Assembly (NCBI RefSeq): GCF_018350175.1
Contig: NC_058368.1
Location: forward strand, 182,158,001 to 182,222,000
Origin: Felis catus
Lineage: Eukaryota
DNA length: 64,000 nucleotides
Direction of reading: 5' to 3'
Part shown: piece by piece, positions 13,395 through 26,577 of the stretch
Layout: each line of letters begins with the position of its first letter
How positions within the stretch are numbered: position 1 is the first letter of the stretch
Position numbers and translations under genes: made by a program
The notes under the pieces: model-generated
Databases searched by the model: none
Seen by the model: the letters and a program-made list of their open reading frames with translations, nothing else
Told to the model about the DNA's origin: nothing

Positions 13395-13857
13395 TGTGTG
13401 GATTGAAGAGTGCCCCCCCACAAAATGCATATCTGAGTCCTAATCCTTGGTGTTCGTAAATGTGGCCTTATTTGGAAATTGTGTCTTTGCAGATATAATT
13501 AAGGATCTCAAGATAAGAACACACTAGATTTAAGACGGACCTTGAATCCAGTGAATCATGTCCTATAAGAGAAAGAAGATTTGGGACACAGAGGCAGAGA
13601 GAGAAGGCATTTGAAGATGGAAGCAGAGGTTACAATGATGCATTTTACAAACCAAGAATTACTGGGAATTGCTGGCAAACATCAGACACTGGTTAAGAGA
13701 CATGGAACAGCTTCTTATTCAGAGCATCCAGAAAGAACCAACCCATCACACACCATGGTTTTGACCTCCATCCAGAACTGTGAAAGAATACATTTCTGTT
13801 GTCTTAAACCACCCAGTTTGTGGTAATTTGTTATGACAGCCCTAGAAAACCACTTCA
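13395..13857 (+). mobile_element. MaLR solo LTR (MLT1B/C-like)
   Basis: ccttatttggaaat...tctttgcagatataattaag...aaccacccagtttgtggtaatttgttatgacagccctagaaaac; TG...CA ends. Confidence 0.88.
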
Positions 13858-15191
13858 GGGATAATTGCTGTTAATTTAAATTTTCTTAGAAAACTTGTGA
13901 GTTGAGGAAGAGAGATTCATTGGCATCCAGAAAACACTGGCTGTTAAATAAACCTTACTGTCCTTGCCCTCCTTTCTTATATTTTACATTTTTTACTCAT
14001 TTACTCCTTCCCTGCCTTTGCCAAGATGTGTCAGAGAGAAAGCTTAGAAGCCAAAGGAACTGTTTTTGAGGGCCATATTCAAAATAACATGATAAAAATG
14101 AGAGATTTCAAAACATTTATGGGAGTTATTTCAGCAGAGTCTTTAGAAGGTCCGTGGACAACATGATAAAAGTGTAAAGATGTCACTGCATTTCATATAT
14201 ACTAAAACACTAGGGGGACAAATGTTCTCCTGTGGATATGTTAGCACTGTGGCTTACTCTGATTATGGAAATGCAACACATTTCGCCCAAAGACAATGCA
14301 CATTTACACATGAAATCAGTCTGCCTTTGTGTTTTCCTGATTAGTGTCACTATAGTATCTGGTAACTTTCCTAAGGCAAGCTCCTACCAGCCAAATAACA
14401 TATGTTACCATTTCCTGGAACTTCTATTCCTAGGGCCTCTCTGAAAGGATACACTAAATTACTGTCAAAATGCATACTTATGGCTCAGCATAACTCAATT
14501 ACTCTGACAGCATTTTTTATATTTATCTTTTGCTACTTAAAGATTTATTGTTCTGTTCCTTAAATAAAACTGTGGAGCAAATCAAAAAGAATCCATTCCT
14601 AATTTGCAAAGGCAGTAACAAATAACCTCAATCTCTTCAAAATGATATTACTAAAGATAACGTTCTAAGAATCTCTTTGTCATCAAACAGAATTCTTAAA
14701 CAGGGTTATGTTTTAAGATTAAGCACCTTTAAGACTATTCCTTATCTTGTGAAGTTGTCCTTGTGAATGATTCACAATGACAAAATATCAGAGTCTTTGG
14801 GCAGAGAGGGGATAACAGAAAGGATTTCAATATTAACAAATATCTTGAAGTTTTCTTTTCATTGACCATATTGACATATGCATGAAGGGAAATGAACACA
14901 AATTGTTTTACAATAATAGGTGCACTGCAATGAAAGCCATAATATAGATATAGAAAACACTTTAATACAATGAAATAAATGTGTTACACACACTGAAACA
15001 AAACACCACAGAACTTCCAGCATTTCTCATGGGAATTATAGGCATTTAACAGCTATTTGATAATCAGTAAGTCATACTAGAAGTATGGTGGATGTACCTA
15101 GGTAACAAATCTATTCTGAATATTTTGTAACTCTTAGCTGTCAACTTATGTTACCTATAATAACGCAGGAGGGAGGGAAATGGTTTCTATT

Positions 15192-15650
15192 TCTATCTTC
15201 ATTTTCCAGGCTGTCATAACAAGTGACCACACATTTAGTGGATTAAAACAACAGAAATATATTCTTTGACAGTTATAGCAGCTACAAGTCCAAAGTCAAG
15301 GTGTCATCAGAGCTATGCTCCCTCTGAAACTTTAGGGAAGAATTTTTCCTTGCCTCTTCGTAGCTTCCCTGGCACTCCTTGATGTTCCTTGGCTTGTAAA
15401 CACATCATTCCAACCTTTACCTCCACTGCTTTCTTCTCTGTCTCCTCTGAGTCTGTGAGCCTCTCCATATGCCCTCTTTTCTTCTCATAAAGATACTAAT
15501 CAATGTATATAGAATCTATCCTAATCCTTTGTGACCTCACCTTAACTAATTACATTTGCAAAGACCCTATTCCCAAATAAGACGTTTATTTCGATGGATG
15601 CAAATTTTGGTAGGGGCAGGGTACTTCAGGAGGACTGTTGGGCCAACTAT
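15192..15650 (-). mobile_element. MaLR solo LTR (MLT1C-like)
   Basis: ggctgtcataacaagtgaccac...aaaacaacagaaat...aagtccaaagtcaaggtgtc...tacatttgcaaagaccctattcccaaataag. Confidence 0.85.
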
Positions 15651-16329
15651 AGTTTCCAAAGCTATAATCTTTATATTCCACCCCCCCCATCTTGTTCTTT
15701 TACTTTCTTGCAAACTAAAGAGGAGAAAAAGAAGCAATAGTATGTGTTAATTCTTCATTAACCTTTACCTAAGGAAGGAAAAATTAAATTAATTAATTGA
15801 CCTGTGGTTATCTGAGGGTTTGTCTCTACAGTAAGGAGGGCTATTACTACAGTAACTCAGGTAATTAAGAGTATGATGTTGGAAACCAAATTGGCTTCAG
15901 TCTTTCATAATACCATGAACTCTGGGCAGTCACAGACAAAGTGCCAGCCCTTAGAAACAGTGGGAAATGAATAAATTGAAACCTATCATCACTAACTGAA
16001 AGAATAATCCAACAACGTCTGCTACAGATGGGTGAATGAAGTTGCCTTTATAAATACCAGTAGCTCTTCCAAATAACCAGGATCATCTGTAAACCATCTG
16101 TTTTCCTTTTCTGTTACCATGAACCATTATCACTAAGCATAAATATAAACAATTGATATCCCTAAAGAAATGTGGTAGTCTTCTTCCATTTAGGAAAGGT
16201 CACAAATATCTATTCTTTCCAGGCAATTTTCTATTCACAACCTTTTGCTTCTGCAGTCCCAGTATTGTGGCAAGAAAACTTCCACATGAATTATACTGTG
16301 TGACAGAAATATACTGATTGTACAGAGCT

Positions 16330-16535
16330 AACATAAACTCTGAATATTTTACATGTATTAACTCATTTGATGGAAAGAACCCGCTGAATTACAGACTTTA
16401 ATTCTCCCCATTCTGCAGATGAGAAAACTGATAGTAAGAAGATGAATTCTCCAATGTCACAAACTTAGAGAGTGAAGGACCTGAGATACAAAACCAGTTT
16501 GAGTCCAAAGTCTGTGTACTTAACCATTTTGCCGT
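16330..16535 (-). mobile_element. MIR fragment
   Basis: ccccattctgcagatgagaaaactga MIR core. Confidence 0.75.
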
Positions 16536-16694
16536 ACTTTATCTTACACTCTCTTGCATCTCAAATTTGCACACAAGTTCCCAAGAACTCCAAGTCTTAA
16601 ACTTCCCTGGTCTTAAACCTTTCAGGGGTTTTCTCTACTCTTGACCTTTTGCATGCTATTCTACCCCAATTATCCAACCAGATTTATTTTCCTT

Positions 16695-16699
<5 letters not shown>

Positions 16700-16760
<61 letters not shown>

Positions 16761-16812
16761 CACACATACACACACACACACATATATATATACACACACA
16801 TACATATATAAA
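16700..16812. repeat. Compound (TA)n/(CA)n microsatellite in a SINE tail
   Basis: Direct observation. Confidence 0.97.
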
Positions 16813-17029
16813 TTTATATTTATATTTTATCTATTTATTTTGGGAGAGACAGAGACAGTGCAAGCAGAGGAGGGACAAAGAGAGAGGGAGAGAGAGAGAA
16901 TGCCAAGCAGGCTCTGCACTGCCAGCACAGACCCTGATGTAGGGCTTTAACTCACAAAACGGTGAGATCATGACCTGAGCCAAAATCAAGAGTCAGATGC
17001 TTAACCAAATGAGCCACCCAGGTGCCCCC
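16813..17029 (-). mobile_element. Can-SINE
   Basis: gagccacccaggtgccccc head. Flanking CAGATTT(A/C)TTT repeats enclose the microsatellite. Confidence 0.95.
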
Positions 17030-17134
17030 AGATTTCTTTCCCTGTTAAAGCCAGCTATCCTGTGCTATATCTCTTCCAGGACGCTAGTCAATGGATTCCT
17101 AAACCCCCTTCTCCCCCAAGTAATTTCTTTGCCA

Positions 17135-17492
17135 ACTGCCTTCATTCATGTTGCTATTACTGAATATCACAGGATAGGTAACTCAGACAGCAGACATTTA
17201 TTTCTTACGGTTCTGGAGGAAGCAGAGTTCAAAATTAAAGTGCTCGCAAATTCAAGAGAGCTCTCTTCTTGGCTTATAGACGGTTATATTCTCACTGCAT
17301 CCTCACAGTGGAAGTAGCAGTTGGAAGTTTCTTCCCCTTCTTATGAGAACACTGATCATATTGTGGGGGCCCCACCTTCATGATCTCATCTAAACCCAAT
17401 TATTTCCCAAAGGTCTCCTAATACCATCACATTGTGGGGTAGGAATTCAACACATGCAGTTGGGGGATATACATACACTTAGTCCATAACAT
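17135..17492 (-). mobile_element. MaLR solo LTR (MLT1A/MST-like)
   Basis: cagacatttatttcttacggttctggagg...ccttcatgatctcatctaaacccaattatttcccaaagg...agtccataaca. Confidence 0.85.
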
Positions 17493-18389
17493 CAACTAAA
17501 TGAAAAATACAAGAGTGCATTTCGTTGTTATCAGGGTTTTGCTACTCTTCTCAGAATGTGGAAACAGAACAGTGACAAAAATATCTGTAACAATTTCATG
17601 AATGCTTATCCCTTTTTATCTGGATTTTTCTTCATAGAAACCTTAAGTAGTACCTATAAATCATTTAATTTAAAGGACTGCTTGAACTGGTTTCCCAGAA
17701 CTGCAATACCCAGAGACTAAACTGAGTTAAATTAATTTATATTTGAAAATATTTTGCTTATTTGTTTCTTCCTTTGAGGATCTGATCATTAAAATTTGTG
17801 AAAGGCTCAAAGCCAGAGCACTGGTTTAAGATCTCCAGAGTAAGCCTTGGAATCTGTCCGCCATCTTCTTCACTGAAACCTAGGAAAGAAGTGCATCATC
17901 TGCATGTTTCCTCTTGCTTCAGGGAAGCCATAGGTCAGTTCTCCTCCTGTCATGACCTCAAGAATTGTCCACAGTTGAGTTAGCTACAGCCTTAGGCTTA
18001 TTTTATTCCACCTTCCTAAATTTCACCTTTTAACTCTATTCTCTTGAAGTACTACTAAATTACTGATATTCCTGCTTTTACTCTATTCTGCTTAATAGTT
18101 TCTTTAGAGGAGGAAGAACCCAAGGGAGGCTGATGGCCCCAAACCAAGGAAAGATTGGTTTCTTGAAAATGGACTGAGGAGAAATGCATCTTAGTGACAG
18201 CACATTTTTTTTCCAGTACAGTGTTTCTTAAAAGGTGATAAGCACAAAATAGTAAAAATATTTTGAGTCATGCATGGATGAAGATAACAGAAGTTTAAGT
18301 TGTGCATTTATTATAATATATAGCACAGAAAACTCAACTAATTTACTTTATTTGTGTTTGGCTATTACTTTTTAAAACAAGTCGAAGTT

Positions 18390-18607
18390 GGGGCAGCTGG
18401 ATGGCTTAGTTGGTTAAGTGTCCAACTTTGGCCTAGGGCATGATCTCACCACTCGTGGGTTTGAGCCCCACGTTGGGCTCTATGGTGGCAGCTCAGAGCC
18501 TGGTGCCTGCTTCAGATTCTGTGTCTTCTTCTCTCTGTCTGTCCCTCCCCGACTTGTGCTCTATCATTCTCAAAGTAAATAAATAAACATTAATAATAAA
18601 AAAAAAG
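18390..18607 (+). mobile_element. Can-SINE
   Basis: Head, CT region and A tail. Perfect TSD AACAAGTCGAAGTT at 18376-18389 and 18608-18621. Confidence 0.96.
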
Positions 18608-19849
18608 AACAAGTCGAAGTTAACATGGTAAGTAGATCTAAAGTCAACTTAAAAGTGGAAAAATATTAAATAACTGTATAAGTGGTACATAGCAGCGGTA
18701 AAACATGACGGTACCATGCAGATGACAGAAGTCTAGAAAATATTGTCTTAAAAGATCAAGATATTCATTAAAAGCAGGACACAGATAGACACATCCAAGA
18801 TATGAGATTACTCACCATCTGGGTTGCTTGGGACAAAATTAGCTAATTTCTGTGGCCTTGCTCAGTTTCTTAATTCAAAAGTAAGGAGTGCTTTTCAGAA
18901 AGTACACTTCCATAAACATGACTATATTATAGGGCCCATAGTAGGTAGCTAATACATCTTAGCTCCTTTTCTTCATTCTATATCCATCTGATAAAATAAT
19001 AAACATAGTAAATAACATTTATGGATAGATTCAGGTCTACAAATGTTTTCCTTTCTCCTTACTCCTACTTCTTTTTTGACCCAAAAATGACCTCTATTAG
19101 AACTCAAAAACAGGATTTATTCTCAGAAGACTTCTGAATTCATATTATGATGGGGAAAAAAAATCCAAAAACCTTAAAATCTTTTAAAATCTATTCTAAG
19201 CTGTTTTGTTTCTTTTGAAAGATGGGAATTGACCACTCTTATTTTCCAATAGTTGTTTAGAAGATGGGTCACAAGAGGTTAACTTCTTAAAGAAATGAAA
19301 AACATGTTGCCTTTTTTAGAGAAAAAAAAAAATCTGTCAGTGAGACTAGAGCAATGTTCCAGTAATACTGAATAGTTCTCTAGCAAATTTTTAATACTCA
19401 TCAGTGATAAATTTTTTATAAGGGATGTAATTCAGTGGTTCTAAAATTTACATATACTTTTTGAACTATCTGTATAAGTAAAAAATAGATTTTTATGAGC
19501 ATATAGAATTATTTGGCTTAAAACTATGTGATAATTGAGTGAAGCAGCAATCATTTCAATATAGGGACATTTGCATAGTTTATAATGATTCCCTACATCA
19601 AGTATGTGGATTTCTTAAAATTTGTATTTTTATATTTAACCAAAGGCTTGTTTACAAAACACTTTAAGTCAGTTAGCTTTCCTATTTAAAAAAAATATGG
19701 TTAATAATTACATATAGAAATTTCTGTGTACCATAGGTTTTTAAACACAGTCATCAGGTACAAAAGAAATTAATCTTATGACTCTGACCTTTTAAAATGT
19801 TTTCAATCTATCGTTTTGAAAGGATATTTACCTACTGGAAGTAAAAACA

Positions 19850-19881
<32 letters not shown>

Positions 19882-20335
19882 CAAGTCAAAGATACCATAA
19901 ATACTCATGAGAGAAGTAGTCATTAAGAAAGCTTAGAGAAGATTTCTCCTGGAGGAGATAACCCACTTATACTGGGCCTTTGAGTTGAAAATCCTTTAGC
20001 GAACCCTTTAGAAAACCCCAATAGAACTATTGCAAGGTAGGAGATATTTCAAAGGTAAGTGCGAGTTGTTTGAGACTCATCATGGGAAAAAAACCATGAC
20101 TCCACACTTTTAGGAAGACAATATCACAAGTCTTATCCACTAGCTTGGATAATTTATCTCTTTATAAATTTAAATGTAGAGCATGAACTGAGAGAGCTCT
20201 TTTTTTAAAAAAACAATCAGAAAAAGATTTACAAATATATGACTTAACAAAAGTAAGTTGATTAAGCATTCCAGGTTAATTTAATTTTGCAATCTTCAAA
20301 ACAAAACAAAACAACAACACACAAACACACATACA

Positions 20336-20371
<36 letters not shown>

Positions 20372-20679
20372 ACAGTGAACAAGAAACAAGAGTAAAAGAA
20401 ATAATCCTTTGGCCATGAATATAGGCAACCAAATTCAATTTGCATGTGGGTGGGGGAAAAATATCCCAAAACAAGTAGATATCCATGTTAAGGGATCTGA
20501 TGTGATAAATCACATTATCATTTCCACATAGACAGGAAAAAAACAAAATAACTCTAATAAGTACTTAATAGAAGAGGAATTTATGGATGCTTCCATAACA
20601 CATCTACATTTATGTAAACTATTCATATCTATCAATCATCTATTTATCTACATGGACAAATTGATCAATAGATACTTCA

Positions 20680-22250
20680 CGTGAAAGCCAACATCTTACT
20701 TAATGGGGAAACAATGGCTGATGTCCTACTAGAGTCGGGAACATTACAAAAATCCCCACTCTCTCCACCCTTATTTAGTATTTGGTTGGAGATGTTATCA
20801 ATGTGACCAGACCTAAGAACACAATTAGAGGCATACATTGAAAAGAATAAGTAAAATTATCTCTATGTCTAAATCATAAGATCATATACCTGAACAATCC
20901 AAAAATATTTATTTTAAAATACTACATTTAATACGAATTCACTAAAGTAACAGAATGTACACTAACATAAAACACTGATAGACTTCACATTGTTTCAAAC
21001 AATAGAGTTAGAAGAGATAATGAAAAAGAAAAAAAAATTTCTAGTAGCTACAAATAAAGTTGATAAAAATGAGCGAAGCCTATATAAAGACAATTTTTAA
21101 ATTTCCTGAAAGATCAAGAGTAGAATTGGACAAGTGTGAATGAGGCAAACCCTATTCTTAGATAGGATAATTTAGTATCATAAAAATGGCAATGATCTCC
21201 AAGTTACTAAATTTAATAAAATCAAAATAAATATAGCAATTTATTATCTGGAGCCTTATTGAAAAAACAGTATACCAAATGAGGATGACAGGAAAAAAAC
21301 CTGAAAAAGACAAGCAACTGGGTCAGGAGATGCAAGGGGTGGGTGGAAGGACAAACTTATCAGAAATGGAAACATCAAAAAACCCGCTATGACCTGTACT
21401 TCTTTTCAAAATGTGTAGGTATTAGTGCATGCATTAGTGCATTAGTTATGTAGCAATATCTTACAAAAGCCCAGAATCTTGATGTATGTTTTCAGTAACA
21501 TCTTAAATCACTAGGTGAAGTAACCTTTTTAATTGGTAATGTTGGGGCAACTGGATAGTCATTTAGGAAATGATAAAACTGAACCTAGATCCCACTGATT
21601 TACAACAGACTCTTTCCAAATAGATGAAAGATTTTTAAAACTACAGTAGAAATAAAAACATAAATGGATTACTTTGTAATCAATGAATGGAGATTGGCTT
21701 TTAGCAATCCAGAAGCAAAGAAGATAACATTGATATATTATGTTTTAAAAGAAAAATAAACCACCATTAGTAAATTATAAATTAAACTACAAAGAAAGGC
21801 AATTTCTCACCCATTAGGTTGACAAAAATGGAAAAGATTTACAATGTGCTCTATTAGCAATGCATAGAGAAAGAGGCCTTCTGCAATGTTGCTGGGGTGA
21901 TGGGGAAATGGCATAACTCCTATAGAGAAGGATTTGGCAATAACAAACAGAATGTCATAGCATTATCTCCTTGACTCAGCAATCTGACTGTTAAGGATTT
22001 CCTTCGAGAGAGAAAGAAAGCCATCCCAAGCATGACATATCAAAGCAAATGGTTATTCATAGCCAAATTATATGAAACAACAAAAGGTTGGAGACGACGC
22101 AAATATTCAGCATAAAAGGACGGGTCTAATGAAGAATGAACAACAACAGTATTTATGTACTGGTGACAAATGATCTCCAGGTTACATTAAATGAAAATTT
22201 TAAAGAAGTGGAAATAAGAATATACCTAAATAAGTACTTGCTTATTTTTA
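20680..22250 (+). mobile_element. Ancient, highly degraded L1 ORF2 (RT to 3' region)
   Basis: A-rich; remnants such as cttaatggggaaac...ccccactctctccacccttattt...aattagaggcat...gtaaaattatctctat and ttgactcagcaat. Confidence 0.75.
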
Positions 22251-22272
22251 TATAAAAAATAAACACTGGATT

Positions 22273-22492
22273 GGGGCGCCTGGGTGGCTCAGTTGGTTAA
22301 GCGGCCGACTTCGGCTCAGGTCATGATCTCGTGGTCCGTGAGTTCAAGCCCCGCGTCGGGCTCTGTGCTGACAGCTTAGAGCCTGGAGCCTGTTTCAGAT
22401 TCTGTGTCTCCCTCTCTCTGACCCTCCCCTGTTCATGCTCTGTCTCTCCCTGTCTCAAAAATAAATAAAACGTTAAAAAAATAAAATAAAAT
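22273..22492 (+). mobile_element. Can-SINE (young)
   Basis: GGGGCGCCTGGGTGGCTCAG head. TSD AAATAAACACTGGA at 22257-22270 and 22493-22506. Confidence 0.97.
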
Positions 22493-23033
22493 AAATAAAC
22501 ACTGGAAAAGAACCAAGAGATTATAAATGTTTACTTAAAATGGGAATGAAAATTAGGACAAAAACAAGATTTTTCTGAGAATTTTAAATGTTTTTCTCTT
22601 TTGAATGATTTTATTTTATTTATGTATTAAAATGTAAATGAATCATTAGAACAAATTCCAAAATCCAAAATGTCACACAACCAACAAATAAGGGTTCTAA
22701 ATATATCCAAATTAAAATTTTGTTGTTCTAATTATTACAATGTGTTGTTATGGTTGCTTGTTTCAAGTTGAAACTGTATTCTTCCATATTTTAGGGTCTA
22801 TGATTTTCCCAGTAGGATAGTTAATACCTCTTTATCTTGAGTTTGAATGAATCAGTTTTATACTGTTTGCTTCAAATTCCTTACTTCTAAAAGACATGGC
22901 TTAGTCAAATATGTGGCTTAGTCAATTTTGAGGAACACTCCTATGTTTCTACAACTTGTTCTTTAGTCTATAGGTTATCAGTAGCATTGCATATAAAAGT
23001 ATAGCAATAACAAATCCAATCTGCCAATCTTTT

Positions 23034-23342
23034 TGTGGTAGGGTCCTCTCCTAAGGAAAGAAAAAAATAAAAACAACCCTCAGAGCAACCTGGCTATATG
23101 GGTAAGTGAAAACATCTCTCACAAACTGGTAACATGAGACCACTTAATCAGACTACATGTTTGTGTGTTATCATACACGGGAGACAAAGAAGTACAAAAT
23201 ATATTAAAAAATTATGACACATGGTGTTCAGGGCTCAGTTCTTTGAGTACAAACCCAGCTGAGTGGTGCCAGCAGGAATAAAGTTGCTTCCTGGAAAGAA
23301 AATCCTTGGTGTCACAACTCTCTGTGCAAGAACCCTGCTACA
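23034..23342 (+). repeat. 5' LTR of the provirus (309 bp)
   Basis: TG...CA ends, AATAAA at ~23277, colinear with 29943-30245. Confidence 0.97.
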
Positions 23343-23347
23343 TTACT

Positions 23348-23365
23348 TGGGGGCTTGTCCGGGAT
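23348..23365 (+). promoter_or_regulatory. Primer binding site, tRNA-Pro
   Basis: TGGGGGCTTGTCCGGGAT matches the canonical Pro PBS TGGGGGCTCGTCCGGGAT at 17/18 (a CpG transition). Confidence 0.95.
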
Positions 23366-25546
23366 TCGGAGATGGTGCATTTCCATCTCCTTTGCCACCT
23401 GGAATGTGAACCTCAGGGCGGTGAGAGAGGTGGCCTCATCTGGTGCCAGTGGACCACTTGATCTGCAGGAGACTAGCCCTCCCCGGGCAGGTGAGGACCC
23501 CATGTGCTCTAATGGAACCCGTGAGGCCCAGGAACCAGCTGAGGGAGTGCCCATCAGACTGGTAAGAACCCGGGTTCATTTTGGCAGACCTGCCCCTAAG
23601 AGGCAGAAGGGGAGCCTGATCACCTCCCAGAGTTGCACTAGTAATTCCACAAGGGACGAGGAATGAAGCTGCAACTCTAAGGTGTTGGGCACTGGACGCT
23701 GGGCAGGAGGTTAGAGTCTCTGTCTGACTGTATGGGGACTTGTCTCTCCTTCATTTCCTGGGTCAGTGACTATGATAATTAGAGCCAACTGTCTCTGGTT
23801 ATTCTACCTCAGAACGGAGACTTTAAGGAAAATTCCCAAACAGCTGCTGAAACTCCTTTTGTTTAGGGGAAATTTCCTTTCTTCTCTGGACTGACATGGA
23901 CTGCTGAATTCCAAAGGTGGAAAACAAAACAAAAGAAATCTGGAGTCTGCCCCTCTGTCTGAGCTGACAAGATTTAAAGTTGGGAATTCTCCTTCTCTGC
24001 CTTTTGCGGGCACCTTGTCTCTTCTGCCTTCCCTTCCCCCCACCCTCCTCTTCTGAACCACCTGGGGTGTGGCTTGCATAACTGGCACCTCAATGCCTTA
24101 GGCACCATCAGCTCCTCCTCCCATTCTAGATGTCAAGGAGTTAAGACCACAGTGTCAGATTTCCCCACCAGTGTTCCAGGTAAAAATTAAACATGGGGAA
24201 CTGTGTGGACTCAAGTAAAACATATCCAGTGTTTAAGCTACTTTAAGTTTGTTGGTTTGAGATAGACAATGTTTAATAACATTAAAAAAACAAAAACAAT
24301 CTATTCTAGCTAGATTTGCTGAAGGTCAAATAAGCTCATGTTATCTCTGTTCCAATTTGTTAACAAAAGGATGACTTAAAGTGATGGCTAATTTTGTCTG
24401 TCTTAAAGTTTTTATGGGTAATTGTTAAGATAGCTTTCAAAGTCCTTGGTAACCTAATAAGGATATTTGGAACTGTTGGAAAACATGCTTTGTGCTTAAT
24501 GGATTTGTAAGTTTGCCATTTAAAAAATTTTAATGTAAAATAAAGTTCACAATTGGTTATACTTAGTTTTCACAGGAGATTAAGGTTTCTAAGAGTTAAA
24601 ATTCTGCCAAACGTAGTTAAAACTGATAAAAAATAAGAAAAACAACTCTGGATGTAAAAAAGTAGGAGATATGAAAGAAAGATATAAGAAATGTAAATAT
24701 ATTTTTGTTGAAAGTAAAAGAAAGTAATTTTAGCCTAAATGAGACTACTTATTTGGAGAGAAATGACTTGGGACAAAATCTAAATGCAAAGAAAAGTTGT
24801 AGAAGGTTCATGAAGGAAAATCTTTAAAAAGAAATTTTATGTGTGGTCAGGACGGACTAAGGTTAAAATAAATGGATTTTAAAAGTACACAGGATTAAGA
24901 TTAAAATTCCTCCTCTGATCCAAAGCCTGGGAAAATGATGGCAATACCTTTGGTCCCAGCCTCCAAATCCTCCACATTTGTGTTGTTCCTGTTTAGCACA
25001 GGGATGGATGCCTCTGCCATATGAAGGATGAATGATATATAAAGTGCTTTTACTAAGATATATGGGAGACATTTTACTAAACTTAGCCCATTGTATGCCA
25101 AAAAACGGATATCCACATGGCTGAAAGATATTTATGTGGGCATTGTTGAAAAAGGCAGGGGAAAAGACCTTGACTTTGGGTCTTTAACTCCCTCCCTCAA
25201 TGGGCAAAGATCAATATGTAAGTTACTGTTGGACCAAAATAAAATTAGTACATCCTATGACAACCAGGAAAATCTTGCTTGGTCACAGTCCATAACCGCA
25301 ATGCCCTACAGGCCAGAAAATGGGTGGTAAGAAAAAAAAAAAAACAAAACAAGAAAGTCCAGGCCAGCTCTTGGAGGTAGAGTCAAGCCTGGGTAAGAAT
25401 GACTACTCCCAGCACCTGGGGAGACTGACAGGGCTTTTGGCTGCCAGTTGCATAGCCAGCCAAAATGATGGGCCAGGAGATGAGGTTTCTCCTGGCTAGC
25501 TACAGGAAATTAAGATAAGGGACAACTTTCTTGCTTTTTCCTACAG

Positions 25547-25964
25547 ATGGGTAATTTGCCAACCAAGGCCATTAATCCTTTGGAATGCATTATAATTAAT
25601 TTACTTTTGCCCAAAGGCTTGGCCCCAATACAAGTTGGAAGAGGGAACCTGGCCACCAGAGGAAATTATCAATGACAATACTATCCTACAATTGGATGTG
25701 TTTTGCAAATGTGAAGGGAAATGGGGAGAATTGCCCTATGTTCATTGCTTTTGGGCCTTAAGAAAAAAAACATCGAGATATATGTAAGCAATGTAAGGTG
25801 GATCCTAATTTAATGGCAACCCTTTCTGAAGTCCAGCAATCAGGAGGGGAAACAATTGAGGGCCCCTTACCTGTATCCAAAACAGACCTAGAGAAGGAGG
25901 AAGGGAAGTCTTCCACCTCAATCCCCTCCTCCTCAGATCCTCAATCTATATATTAAAAATAATG

Positions 25965-25996
<32 letters not shown>

Positions 25997-26560
25997 TAGG
26001 ATATCTAAGATTTAGCCCTTAAATTATGCTAAATTAGCCACTATTTTACAAACACAAAATGGGATCCCAATAGCCTTCCTGGAGAGGTTAAGGGAGGCTC
26101 TCACTAAATATATGGCTATGCCCCCTGACACCCCTAAGACTGAGATAATTTTAAAGGACAAATTTGTCACTCAATCAGCCCTAGATATTCAGAGAAAATG
26201 CAAAAATTTGCTATTGACCTTGAAGGGACCCTGGGAGAGCTCTTACAAGCTGCCATTTGGGTATATTACAAACAAAACAGTAAAGGAAGCTTAAAAAAAA
26301 AAAAAAAAAAAAAAAATCTGAGGCCTTAGTTGTGGCCTTAACATACTATGTCAGACTAGACTTCCCGAGGTCCTGGCACCAAGTGCCATTTATATGGCCA
26401 TTCAGAGCACTAAAACAAGAATGTCCTCAGAGAAGACAGCCAAAATGAAAACCCGGAAAGTCATGCCCCTTATGTGGAGACAATCACGGGGGATCTGAAT
26501 GCCCTCAGGGACCTCTATCTGTGAGGGCTCAGATAACCAGTGTCCCTGGAAGCCACTGAT
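25547..26560 (+). pseudogene. gag: gag remnant (HERV-W/ERV9/H-type), internally deleted
   Basis: MGN start; [42 protein letters not shown] matrix motif; AFLERLREALTKY (MHR region); ILKDKFVTQSA; two degenerate zinc knuckles (second CPLCGDNH..SECP). An (AAT)n tract lies near the deletion at ~25960-25997. Confidence 0.9.
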
Positions 26561-26577
26561 GGGACCTGGGTCTCTTC

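Noticed and set aside
24901..25116. Minus-strand 71-aa ORF in the ERV leader as a captured host gene
   Set aside because: No motif recognised; it is antisense to the more coherent + strand pre-gag frame.
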